DNA from: Macrostomum lignano
Lineage: Eukaryota
DNA: 64,000 nt
Assembly: GCA_002269645.1 (NCBI GenBank)
Contig: NIVC01002792.1
Coordinates: forward strand, 62,001 to 126,000
Direction: 5' to 3'
A program made the translations under genes and the position numbers. The notes under the pieces are model-generated. The model was given only the letters and a program-made list of their open reading frames with translations. It was not told where the DNA came from and made no database searches. Shown piece after piece: positions 50,201 through 61,399 of this stretch (within the stretch, counting starts at the first letter, position 1; each line of letters starts with the position of its first letter).

Positions 50201-51969
50201 AGCAGAATGGGTGACACTTCTAGTAAGCTTGGGTTGAAAAATCATCTTGAATGAATGCAAAATTTCAACTTTGACAGCGTGTTCGACGTGGGCGGTCAGC
50301 GTGGCGAGAGGCGCAAGTGGATCCAGTGCTTCAACAACGTGACGGCCATTCTCTACCTGTGCGATGTGAGCAGCTTTGACCTGATCTTGAAAGAGGACGA
50401 TGACTCGCCAATGCCGAAGAATCGACTGCTGGAGTCGCTCGACACGTTCCAGGAGGTTTGGCTCAACCGCTACCTGCAGGACGTGTCCATCTTGCTGTTC
50501 ATCAACAAGATCGACCAGCTGGAGGAGAAAGTGCGCGCCGGCCGGTCGCCGCAGGCTCTGATCAACCACTGCCTGGAGGCGGAAGCCGCGGCGGCGGCGG
50601 CGGCGGCGGGTTGTCTCGTCGACCACGACGGTTGCGGGGTGGTCATGGAGCCGGACATGCGAAAGAAGTCGTGCGTCGGCCCCATCAACCTCAGGCGCTT
50701 TATTTGCAGCTTCAGTTTGGAAGCGTTCCAGCCTCCAGGTCAGTTTCCTGAGACTTCGCGGCTGATCCGGGAGCAGAGGAACGGGTCTGGCTCTGGCGCC
50801 ACGACTCAGAGTTCAATTGGCCACATCCATTTGGGGCTTGTGCTTTCATGAAGACCAACCCCCAAGTCAAAGAGAGTGCACATACCTGACGATTAGAAAG
50901 TTAGGGCCGCTGTACATTTTGTGTGAGCGTGCGTGTGAGTGCGTGCCTGCGTGTGTGTGAGTGCGTGCCTGCGTGTGTGTGAGTGCGTGTCTGCGTGTGA
51001 GTGCGTGCGTGCCTGCGTGTGTGTGAGTGCGTGCCTGCGTGTGTGTGAGTGCGTGCCTGCGTGTGTGTGAGTGCGTGCCTGCGTGTGTGTGAGTGCGTGC
51101 CTGCGTGTGTGTGAGTGCGTGCCTGCGTGTGTGTGAGTGCGTGCCTGCGAACAGTATTGACGCGCTTGTGTGTGCCCGGGAGTCAGTGGAATGGGCTGAA
51201 TCGCCTCAGCACCGGTTGTGGGACCCATGTCGCCGAAGGCGCTGCGCCAGGATGTGTCACACCTTCCCTGCAGAATCGGACCGCAGAGACTTCATCACTG
51301 CGTTCCCTCGCCTGGAATTGGAGTCGTCTCCAGCTGCAGAGGAATCGGCGGTCCACCCGGAGACGGTCAGGTTCGCCTGCTACGTACAGAGAATCTTTCA
51401 GGTGAGCAGCTGACAGCCGAGATCTAATCGGGAAATTTTAGAGATGATGTCAGGCTCTGATGCTCAGGCCGGGGCTGTAGCCTAGTGGTTAGAGCGTCGG
51501 ACTCACGACTTGAAGGTTGGGGGTTCGATTCCCGATCCCACTGGAACAATTCGTGTCCTTGAGCAAGACATTCAACTCTGCATTGCTTCAGTTCACCCAG
51601 CTGTAAAATGGGTGCCAGCATTGGCTGGGGTAATTTAAGGGGTGCGAGGCGACCCTTCAGTCTTTGGACTGAACGCCGTACGCAGCCTTCAGATGCGCCG
51701 CGCAATAACTGCGGCTGAGCTGTCGGTTGCACATCCAGTTGGGGCAGGCGTAATCAGTTATTATTATTATTATTATCGCTCTGATGGATAAACAATTCCA
51801 GGAAATTGCATCGAGAAAGCGGCGCTCGGAGTACAAATTCGAGTACCACTACCACGCCTGCTACAGCTACTTCACCTGCGCTGTGAACACCGACAATGTC
51901 AAAAAGGTGCTGGAGGGCTGCCGGCGGTTCATCATTGACAAGCATCTCGAGCGATTCGGCATTCTGTGA
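41032..51969 (+). CDS. Heterotrimeric G-protein alpha subunit, divergent Gs/Gf-like, 8 exons, about 466 aa
   Basis: Exons 41032-41161, 44652-44724, 44814-44868, 49561-49805, 50008-50148, 50278-50738, 51274-51401 and 51802-51969 (1401 nt, all GT-AG, phases consistent). Motifs: LLLLG|[79 protein letters not shown]. Confidence 0.93.
41168..41218. repeat. (TCTG)n microsatellite just after the G-alpha exon 1 donor
   Basis: Perfect run. Confidence 0.95.
42378..43160. repeat. 42-bp minisatellite GTGGCTGGGGTTGGCGCAGTTTATAACCCTGGGTTATTGTTA
   Basis: About 18 copies, some with a shorter variant; contains the AACCCTGGGTT palindrome. Confidence 0.95.
46660..47265. repeat. 13-16 bp minisatellite CAGTCCCCTGTCA, 3' of the DEG/ENaC gene
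   Basis: Degenerate tandem array; a homologous array lies at 58095-58450. Confidence 0.92.
47278..49137 (-). CDS. Degenerin/epithelial sodium channel (DEG/ENaC) family subunit, 2 exons, about 581 aa, nested in G-alpha intron 3
   Basis: Exon 1 49137-47745 (donor g|gtgagc) and exon 2 47630-47278 (acceptor ctgcag|) total 1746 nt in frame. Pre-TM1 SSAHGI (HG motif), TM1 [35 protein letters not shown]2 [30 protein letters not shown] (G-x-S filter). Confidence 0.92.
50918..51147. repeat. 20-bp GT-rich repeat GTGTGTGAGTGCGTGCCTGC
   Basis: About 11 copies in G-alpha intron 6. Confidence 0.95.
51468..51777 (+). mobile_element. tRNA-derived SINE with CORE-like central domain and (TTA)n tail
   Basis: GGGGCTGTAGCCTAGTGGTTAGAGCG...GGTTCGATTCC (A and B boxes). 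Then GTGTCCTTGAGCAAGAC...TTGCTTCAGTTCACCCAGCTGTAAAATGGG, which resembles the MIR/CORE domain. Tail TTATTATTATTATTATTA. Confidence 0.85.
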
Positions 51970-52024
51970 TCGGGCGGCTCGCTTGACTGCAGTGGCTGAC
52001 GGCTTTCGCTCCGATGCGCTCACA

Positions 52025-53300
52025 CTCCCCCCAATCTGCTCCTCCCTCCTCCCCAATCCGCTCCTCCCTCCTACCCAATCCGCTCCTCCCTCCTCCCCAA
52101 TCCGCTCCTCCCTCCTACCCAATCCGCTCCTCCCTCCTACCCAATCCGCTCCTCCCTCCTACCCAATCCGCTCCTCCCTCCTCCCCAATCCGCTCCTCCC
52201 TCCCCCAATCCGCTCCTCCCTCCTCCCCAATCCGCTCCTCCCTCCCTAATCCGCTCCTCCCTCCCCAATCCGCTCCTCCCTCCTCCCCAATCCGTTCCTC
52301 CCTACCCCAATCCGCTCCTCCCTCCCCCAATCCGCTCCTCCCTTCCCAATCTGCTCCTCCCTTCCCCAATCCGCTCCTCCCTCCCCAATCCGCTCCTCCC
52401 TCCCCCAATCCGCTCCTCCCTCCCCCAATCCGCTCCTCCCTCCCCCAATTTGCTCCTCCCCCAATCCGCTCCTCCCTCCCCCAATTTGCTCCTCCCCCAA
52501 TCCGCTTCTCCCTCCCCAATCCGCTCCTCCCTCCCCCAATTTGCTCCTCCCCCAATCCGCTCCTCCCTCCCCCAATTTGCTCCTCCCCCAATCCGCTCCT
52601 CCCTCCCCCAATCCGCTCCTCCCTCCCTAATCCGCTCCTCCCTCCCCAATCCGCTCCTCCCTCCCCCAATCCGCTCCTCCCTCCCCCAATCCGCTCCTCC
52701 CTCCCCAATCCGCTCCTCCCCCCCAATCCGCTCCTCCCTCCCCAATCCGCTCCTCCCTCCCCCAATCCGCTCCTCCCTCCCCCAATCCGCTCCTCCCTCC
52801 CCCAATTTGCTCCTCCCCCAATCCGCTCCTCCCTCCCTCAATTTGCTCCTCCCCCAATCCGCTCCTCCCTCCCCCAATTTGCTCCTCCCCCAATCCGCTC
52901 CTCCCTCCCCCAATTTGCTCCTCCCCCAATCCGCTCCTCCCTCCCCCAATCCGCTCCTCCCTCCCAATCCGCTCCTCCCTCCCCCAATCCGCTTCTCCCT
53001 CCTCCAATCTGCTCCTCCCTTCCCCAATCCGCTCCTCCCTCCCCAATCCGCTCCTCCCTCCCCCAATCCGCTCCTCCCTCCCCCAATCCGCTCCTCCCTA
53101 CCCCAATCCGCTCCTCCCTCCCCCAATCCGCTCCTCCCTTCCCAATCCGCTCCTCCCTCCCCAATCCGCTCCTCCCTCCCCAATCCGCTCCTCCCTCCCC
53201 CAATCCGCTCCTCCCTCCCCCAATCCGCTCCTCCCTCCCCAATCCGCTCCTCCCTCCCCCAATTTGCTCCTCCCCCAATCCGCTCCTCCCTCCCCCAATT
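52025..53300. repeat. 19-20 bp C-rich minisatellite CCCCAATCCGCTCCTCCCT in the G-alpha 3' region
   Basis: About 65 copies; source of the Pro-rich and Gly-rich repeat ORFs. Confidence 0.97.
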
Positions 53301-54097
53301 TACTCTTCTCAGTTCCCAATGCCCGTTCCATCTCCGCCTCCCAGTTATTCTAGTTCCGCTCTCGTCTATTTCGAGCTCCGCTTCCGCTTTTCATGAAACA
53401 CTTTGAGCTCGCGGCATCTCAAGCTCGTCGGCTTCATCAATAGTTGTAAATTAGAAATTATTAACTGACAGATGACGGCAATGATTAACAAGACATCAAA
53501 TACCGCATCGAGCTTTTTTCAACCAAATTCAAATTGTGATATTCCATATTTAGTAACCAACAAGCTTGCTTCATTACAGCCTTCAGCTTCTGTCAGTGCA
53601 TAGCCATTTAATTCAGGAACTATTGCTTGACAACTAAACTTGGATCGTACTTGAAAGCTCGGGGTTGAATGGAACTGCTAAATTCTGAACTTGTGTAACC
53701 GAGAAAAGAGTGCACACCCGGAGCAATAAGTGGCATTCTCGAGTGACCTACAGGTTTACAAGCCAGTCACATACACATTCACGCCGTACATGAATTATGC
53801 GCAAATTTGGGTCAACGATGTACGGTAAAGGTTAACCGATTCTGCAGTTAAACTGCTTCAGCATCTTTAGAATGATGGAGTTGTTGAGTTCAGCATCTTT
53901 AGAATGATGAAGTGATTGAGTTTTTCTACGAGTACATTTACATACAAACTTTGTTTATTCATGACTGCCTCGATCGGTTTATTCCAAAGGGAAATAAATG
54001 CTTATCCTCATCCTCAGCTGGACGTCCTCAGCTGTAGTCTCTCACGCATTCCGTCATCACGCCGACGTCGTCGGCACCTTCAACAGATAGCACTAGG

Positions 54098-55988
54098 TGA
54101 CTATGGTTTAGTGCCCAATTTATATGTACATCGGCGTTGCGTACAGTACGTACAATTCATGCAATTTAAGTGCGGCGATCCTTCACCCCCACTCTGGTGA
54201 CGGGATTTTATTCATCGTCTGAAAATAAATATCGATCAGCCCAACTAGCAGGGCTCCACCTTTCGTCTCCAAGGACTCTACGGACTCCAATGACGCGGAT
54301 CTGAAGGACATCTGAGGCGTCAGGCACGAGCTGTCGGAGCACGAAGGCCTCCTATTGCGCGACAGCCAGCTGTTCGTGCCTGAGGTGCTACGGTTCCGGT
54401 GCCTTCAACTGGCCCATCAAGGCATGCAAACTGGACCGCCTGTAATCGAAGGTCTGGTGACCGGGCATGCACTCGGCAGTGGAGACTCATGTGGCCGCCT
54501 GCATCAGCTGCGCGGCCTCCAACAGCGAGGCGACTACAAAGGCAACGCGCTTGAAGCCGACGGATCTACCGGATAGGCCATGGCTCGATCTCGACCTTGA
54601 CTTCCTGGGGCCCGTCAAAGGAAAGTCGCTACTCGTCTGCACCGACCACTTTTCTCGGTTCCGCTGGTTGAAGCTATGGCAGACACAACGGCCGCCGCCA
54701 CCACACGCGTGCTCCGACGGTGATGTAGCATCATACATGCGCAACCTCCAAAATTCGGTGCGACTTAGTTTTAACAAAAATGCGACGTAGTTTTTGGCCA
54801 AAAATGCGACTTACATGTAAAAGAAACCCTAACGCAAAATTAACGCAACTTTGGGTACACGGTAGGAGTAACTATAACTGTCTTATTAAGGCAAGATGCT
54901 TCGTCATCTACTTAGTACTACTTGGGTATTTATTCGGGTGGGCATTTTTGCGACTTACCTTGGTTGGCCGCCAAATCGGTCGGCCGGATCGGCCGACTCG
55001 GCCGAATGTTGCGCATGTATGTGTAGCATTTTCGGCCAGCCGCTAAGATGTCGACTGACAAGGTGTCGCCCTTCTCATCAGCGGATTTAACCAACTTCCA
55101 GAAAGACCAAGGAGTCCACCATCATCGGATCACGCCGCTCTACCCGCAGGCCAACGGAGCCACCGAGCGCTGCAACGAGGGCCTCACCGAAGGAAAAGAC
55201 TGGACGGTAGCTGTCGACGAATACCTGGCCGCGCACGCCGCACAGCTCGACAGGAGTCGCCCCAGCAAACCTGCTCTTCGGACGCCAAGTCAATGACGCG
55301 ATCCCCAGTCTTCACCACTCGCGACCTGTGAAAGTGTCGCGGGCCGCCATTGCCGGAACGGATCGGAAGGCCAAAGAGAAGATGAAGGACTACCGCGACC
55401 AGCGGGACCATCAAATCCAACCGAGCGCGTCCTACGGCGCCAGCAGCACCTTCGTTGAAACCGTACCGTGGACTGTGGCGAGTTTCAGGAAGATGCCCTT
55501 GTTATTCAGCGCGGCGAGACCACTTGCCGACAGCGCGCCACTCAGGTCAAGAAGCTGCCGGAGCCCCCCGGCCACGCAGCAGGCCGAGTCCATCGGCGAG
55601 ACCGGCGGCCAAGAGGCGCCCAGCGAGCCCGCGAAGCCGATCGCAGGCAGGCCGCACCCGCGACAGGCCAAAGACGGGGCCAAGAACTACAAGGAGCCGG
55701 ATCTCAGGAGGCATTAGGCCTCAGTGATTGCTTGGTAGCAGCAGACTTTGACAATATGTATTCTTTGTTACAATATTTTGTTTTTACCCCCTTATTACTA
55801 ATCCGCGCGTGGAGAGAGATGTTGTGTTCTCGCGAGCCCAGTCTATATGTACATCGCCCTGCGTACAGTACGTACAATGCATGCACTTTACGATTCTTCA
55901 CCTGCACTCTGGTGGCGTGATTTATCCATCGTTTGAAAATAAACAAATATCAATCAGCCCAACTAGCAGGGCTCCACCTTTCGTCTCA
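54098..55988 (+). mobile_element. Decayed Ty3/Gypsy element A: two short diverged LTR-like repeats flanking integrase remnants
   Basis: Direct repeats at about 54098-54271 and 55820-55988, the latter TG...CA and preceded by PPT-like GGAGAGAGA. Internal fragments: LFVPEVLRFRCLQLAHQG, PDRPWLDLDLDFLGP, HHRITPLYPQANGATERCN. Confidence 0.75.
54732..55021. mobile_element. 290-bp MITE with 14-bp TIRs and 8-bp TSD, inserted in Gypsy integrase
   Basis: TIR CATACATGCGCAAC / GTTGCGCATGTATG; TSD TGTAGCAT at 54724-54731 and 55022-55029. Confidence 0.92.
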
Positions 55989-56199
55989 GCACACTCCAGC
56001 CCTTCCTACCATAGCCATTACAATGGTTTTCTGGCATAATCATTTAATTGTCTCGACGGTCCGGAGGGCTGGCGACTTGATTCTTGCTCCAGAAGGTCGC
56101 GCTACAAAAAGTGAGTCCATGTTCTCGGATTTTGTGCGCCTTCGTTGCTCTGTTCGGGCGCAGCAAAAAATAATTGTGTCTGGGGGTCCCCCGAGGGCG

Positions 56200-57950
56200 A
56201 AAAATGGATTGGAATTCCTGTTGCTAAACAGACAGGAAAATCCAATCTTGAAAAAATCTTCAGAAGTACATGAAGTGGGGCGATCCCAGGGACGAGGCCT
56301 TCAAAGCAGCTGCTGCTGGACTCTGGCGCCCTTGTGCACTTCAACCCGGAAGTGCCTCTTCGATTGGAGTGCGACGCGTCAGCATACGGCATTGGCGTCG
56401 TGCTCAGCCACCACGAGAAGGCTCGGACTATGCCATTGCTTTTGCCAGAAAGTCGCTGACCTCAGCCCAGCGCAATTACTCCTAGCTGGACAAGGAGGTG
56501 CTGATCTCAAGTCGGCGTACAGCGCTTTTATCAATTCCTAAACGGTCGACATTTCACCATCGTGACGCATCATCGGTCGCTCCTCAGACTGCCGGGCCCG
56601 GACAAGGAAATCCCGACACGCGCTGCTGTCAGAATGCAGAGGTGGGCCATCCGATTGTCAGGCTACCAGTACTCCTTGGAGTTCAGGCCGACCGAAAAGC
56701 ATGGAAACTGCGATTCCCTCTCCCGCCTGCACGTCGAGGAAGCCGCAGTGCACTCGCTCACTCTGGGGGACGATTCGAGCGTCGCAGTGACTGCTGCCGC
56801 CAGTTCCAAGGCAACTCAAGCCAACACAATACTGTCGAAGCTGCTGTGGGCCCTGCGATCGGGACAGGAACTGCCAGCTAAAACTTCCAAAACTTCGCCC
56901 GACGTCAAACAGAGCTTTCTGTCGAAGCCGGTTGTGTACTGAGGGGGTCTCGCGTCGTCATCCCGGACACCTGGACAGCTGTACTTAACGCATCCTGGTG
57001 CGAGCCAAATGAAGGCCCTCGCACGGAGCTTCGTCTGCTTGCCCAGACTCGACAAGGAACTGGAGCAGCTCGGAAGAGAGTGCGTCACCTGCAGAGCCCA
57101 TCAGGCAGACCCAACAAAGGCTCCAGTGTATCCCTGGCTGTTCCCCAAGGAAGGCAGCCTAAATGTCGATTTCGCCGGCCCTGTCAGCGGTCGAATGTAC
57201 GAGCGTACATCGTTATTGTCGACGCCCACAGCAAATCGTCCGAAGTTCACCTCGTCAGCGGGACGTCTGCTGGCGGGACCATCGTGCACCTCCATGACGT
57301 ATTCTCCCACCTGGGCCTACCAAGTATTCTCATCTCAGACAATGGCTCCCAGTTCGCCTCTCGGGAGTTCGCTGACTTCATGCGTAGCAACGGCATCCGG
57401 CACGTGACTTCAGTGCCCTACCACCTGGCTGCCAACGGGCAGGCCGAGAGATTCGTGCAGATGCTCAAAGCTCACATCAGGAAGTCAGGGGCACTCTGCA
57501 GAAGTCATGCAGCGCTTCCTGTTTGCCTACCGGATCGCGCCGCATTCAAGCACCGCTGCCTCACCAGGCGAACTGCTATTTGGAGGTCGCCTGTGATCCC
57601 ATCTGGACCTCCTGCGACCGTCCCTGGTTGAGCAGATGCGAGACTGACTTGACGCACCGCCAAGTGCGGTCCTTCGAATTCGATGACACCAAAGAGTTTC
57701 GGCAAGGACGCCGGCTGGCGGCGTGGCTTCGTCATGGCGGCGGGCAAACGAAACTACGACGTTGAGGTCGGCAAAGGTCAGGTCGGCGCCACATCGACCA
57801 ACTACTGCCAGAGAAGTGTCAGCAGCCGCCAGCAGTACCGGCTGTCGCGGCACCCGAGCAAGCACCAACATCAATCTCGGAACCGACGCCGAACTCTGAG
57901 GTGGGCCCCGACAGCTCAATTTCAGAAACTTCAGCAGCGGCCCCGATAGC
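56200..57950 (+). mobile_element. Decayed Ty3/Gypsy element B: RNase H and integrase pseudo-ORFs
   Basis: HFNPEVPLRLECDASAYGIGVVLSH; LSPAQRNYS*LDKE; IPTRAAVRMQRWAIRLSGYQYSLEFRPTEKHGNCDSLSRL; HPGASQMKALARS...CVTC; VDAHSK...SDNGSQFASREF...PYHLAANGQAERFVQ. Multiple frameshifts and stops. Confidence 0.9.
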
Positions 57951-58094
57951 TCTCGCTGCTCCGGTCACTGAAGTCACTGGACAGCATGCCGCTCACGCCT
58001 GCCAGGTTTCAGGCGGGCCAGTGATTGAACTTTGAAACACTGACTTGACTCATCAACATCTTTAATCACCGTGAGTTTTTTAATTCCATGTTAA

Positions 58095-58450
58095 TTGCCC
58101 CGTCACCCCAGTCCCCTGTCACCCCAGTCCCCTGTCACCCCAGTCCCCTGTCACCCCAGTCCCTGTCACCCCGGTCCCTGCCACCCAGTACCTGTTACCC
58201 CAGTCCCCTGTCACACCAGCCCCCTGTCACACCAGTCATCTGTCACTCCTGTTCCCTGACAAACCAGTTCCCTGTCACAAATGTCCTCTGTCACCCTCGT
58301 AGCCCCTGATCATAGCCCCTGTCACACCAGTTCTCTGTCACACCAGTTCCTGTCACACCGGTCTCTGTCCCTCCAGTCGCCTGCCACACGAGTCCCTGTC
58401 ACACCAGTCCCCTGTCACTCCAGTCCCCTGCCACATCAGTCCCCTGTCAC
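58095..58450. repeat. CAGTCCCCTGTCA minisatellite, paralogous to 46660-47265
   Basis: Same unit and same position relative to the DEG/ENaC copy. Confidence 0.9.
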
Positions 58451-58470
58451 ACGGCAAGTCCAGCCCACCA

Positions 58471-59097
58471 TCAAGCCGCCAGCTCGTCCTCAGCTTGCTC
58501 AGATTTCACCCCAGCTGTTATGGCGATTCCCGCCTCCCGATCAATAATATCCTTGTCGCTGGGGTCGCCAGGCTTGGCCTGAGACGCCACCGCGCCCATC
58601 ACCAGGTGGTAAGCCAGCTCCAGCAGCTCGCACAGGGTAAGCAGGCTGCAGCCGATGTACAGGCCGAGGGTTCCGCCCATGTCAGCCAGGAAGGCTACCC
58701 ACGAGTAGGAGTAGGCCATGGTGATCTTCGGCGATATGGGACTCTTCACCGAGATCCTGAATTGGATCATGGACTGAGAGACGTAGTGGCGAAAGAACGA
58801 CTCAGTGTGGGCGGAATGATTTCCTGCAGTGTTGGGAGTGCAGTAGAATTTCTACATGTCATGTACTATCTCTGCTTGCATCAGTTTGGCAAGAATTAAT
58901 CTTCCTTTTCCTAAAACAGTAAGTCTCAAAGGGAAAATTCCTCTAGTGCTAGGTGCAGATTGTGAGCAGCTCACCTGATGAGAGGTTCTTTGCCAGTTCG
59001 ATCAGCCGAGCAGTTCCAGGGCAACATTTTTTAAAGATCGCGATGTAAGAACCGAAAGTTTTCAGTACAAATCTGGCCAACCCTTACTCGATTTCGG
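58471..59097 (-). pseudogene. 5'-truncated duplicate of the DEG/ENaC gene (last exon, intron and end of exon 1)
   Basis: Exon 58823-58471 is nearly identical to 47630-47278, and the intron is retained. The exon-1 remnant 59097-58975 has a 1-bp deletion (CCAACCCTT vs CCAATCCCTT), and similarity stops at about 59097. Confidence 0.85.
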
Positions 59098-60659
59098 TAT
59101 GATAACACTTGTGTACGAAACCAATATGACTCCATAGTACCAAATAACAGTGGCGTCGCAAGCACTGGTTACAAACAAGTATACCTTGACAATGTCAATG
59201 TCGCCTACAATCTCTAAGCCAAGGTGCACAAAAATCCCCCTTAGATCATCAACATCTACTAAAATCTCTTGACACTTTATGCCCTTATATTTGAAATAAG
59301 CTATCCCAGCGCAGTGCTTACAACTACTGATCTAAACAGGTTAAACGCCAAATATAATAAGAACCACCGCCTAGCTCTTTTCCTTCCCTTAATTTACAAT
59401 AAATCCTTACAACTCTTTTGGGTTTTGATCATCGCATACAAAAAAGTCATCTCACTGCAGATGTCGCAGCTAAGTTTTTGTTGATTAAAAACCTATTTCT
59501 TGAAATCTCCAGTGGCCAAAGGGATTTGATTGCCATTCTGCATTTTGAATGATTCTGAGTATTCAGATAGGTCATACAAGTCCTTCTACGCAAAAAGATT
59601 TGTCACCCCCTTTTTTGCGTCCCTTTTTTGTCATTGAGAGTCACCCTCCCCCTTGCGTATGCCACAACCAGTGGCTTAATCGGTTGTTTATTTATCCCGG
59701 GTTGTGCGCTATGATTGGCTGTGGCCATGTGGCCAGCTTTTCCCTTTGGCGGGTTAGTGATTGGCTGGGCCGGGCGGCGGTCTCGGGGTTGCCTCCCCCG
59801 GGCGGGGTGGTTGGCTGGGAGGTTGGGTCGGTGGTGGGGTGGTGGGTTGAAGAGCTTGTGGCCCTCCCCCCTCCGCGCAGGCGTTGGCTATCTGGGTGGG
59901 TAGTAAACATGGTAGAGGAAAGAGTTCCTAGTCCAGCAATTTAAAGCGGGGACAGACAGATACGGGATAAACTGCGCTATTTCACACAGCAGGCCTTGCT
60001 CTCTCTTTCCACTTCTCTCTACACTGAGTGATGCCGCTAGAATATAATATGTTTTCCATAAATAATTATATATTATAGAATTTTCTAACAACGTTATAAA
60101 AACTTCTAAAGCCGCGTATTAGAGCAAAAACATTCACCACCCAGGCCTCTTCATGTCCATGCCATCAACTGAACGCAAAACTGACGAGTCAAAAGCCTGC
60201 AATAAATTAGCATAACTAAAAAGATTTTTGCTGATGCCACGGTGAAAAACTTTGAAGAAGAGGAGAACAAGTTGTTAGACGAAATAATCGATTTCGGCGA
60301 TTTGTATAACAGCAAAAATATGGATCAACACGTACAATGCGCTCACCAGGCGATTTCAACGTGAAGAAATCGTCTTACCTACGTTTAGCGGTAATATAAA
60401 GAAGACCAAGATGCGAAGGAGGTAAAGGAAGAAGAAGCAGTAAAAAATTGCTTAAGAGCTTCGTGAATCAACCAAGATTGGAAGACTTTAAGTGCGGTCA
60501 TCACCAAATCGAATCCGTAGTCGAGTAGATTAGGAAAATAAACTAAGGATTTTCCTACGGCATAAAAGCCGGCGGGATTCTGCAGCACGTAAGGACGACC
60601 TAAAAAAACAAAAATATAAGGCTTTATAAGAAATATAAAATTTTCACTCGCTTGGGTGA

Positions 60660-60880
60660 ATTTTTTTGATCCGGGTTGCGAAGCTCAGCCGCCAGCACCC
60701 AGTACTGAAGTGCAGCGCAGTTTCTCTGTCACGCCTGCGATCTAAGATCAAGTTCGCAACAGAGGCGCCTCAGCTAATTCAGGAAGAAGACGAAATCGAA
60801 CTCCTACATCAACCAAATCAGCAGCTGGTGGAGGCTGAGCTGGGCAAGCTGGAGGCGGTTGGCATCATCGAGTGAGTCTA
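60660..60880 (+). mobile_element. Possible Gypsy pre-RT fragment
   Basis: VEAELGKLEAVGIIE resembles the ELxRLxxxGII segment that precedes Gypsy RT; short and isolated. Confidence 0.35.
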
Positions 60881-61399
60881 AGTAGACAGATCGCACAGCA
60901 GTTCTCATGAGAGCTTCAGTGCATAAAACCGAATACTGCAATATTCGATCTTTACAGTATTGAATTCAGAAAAATAGGACCATTTTTATTTCCTTTACAA
61001 TAAATAAGGAGTGGAAGTATCTTATGAGTAGAAGCTGTCCTGACAACTATGTACTGTACGTTAGGGGTATACATCGTAACATTTTTATATTTATAATTAC
61101 ACATTTAAACTGCAATTTCTTTCAACTGTCCTCCATTTGTTGGTACACGGGGGGGGGAGTAAAAACCCTCACGGTTGATTCTTCACTCTCTTTCCCCAGA
61201 TTTTTCTTCAACTTTATTATCCCATTCTCTCAATCACAACCGCTGGAGCAAACTCTTCACCATTAAAATCCTCTCAAACTCAGAGTTTGAAATGTTAAAC
61301 AGTATGTTGGCTCGTTTACCTTTAAACACCTGAAAGGTAAATTCAAATTTAAGTTGCTGCGAATTAAAATATTCAAACCTTTAACAAAATCAACAATTC

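Noticed and set aside
51471-51543. Possible tRNA gene
   Set aside because: The acceptor stem does not close properly and the sequence continues into a CORE-like body and (TTA)n tail, so it is a SINE head.
52014-53406. Pro-rich (extensin-like) and Gly-rich ORFs
   Set aside because: These are translations of a 19-20 bp C-rich minisatellite downstream of the G-alpha stop codon.
59100-60600. Possible further coding or retroelement sequence after the channel pseudogene
   Set aside because: Short, stop-interrupted frames with no motif I can recognise; needs a tBLASTx search.
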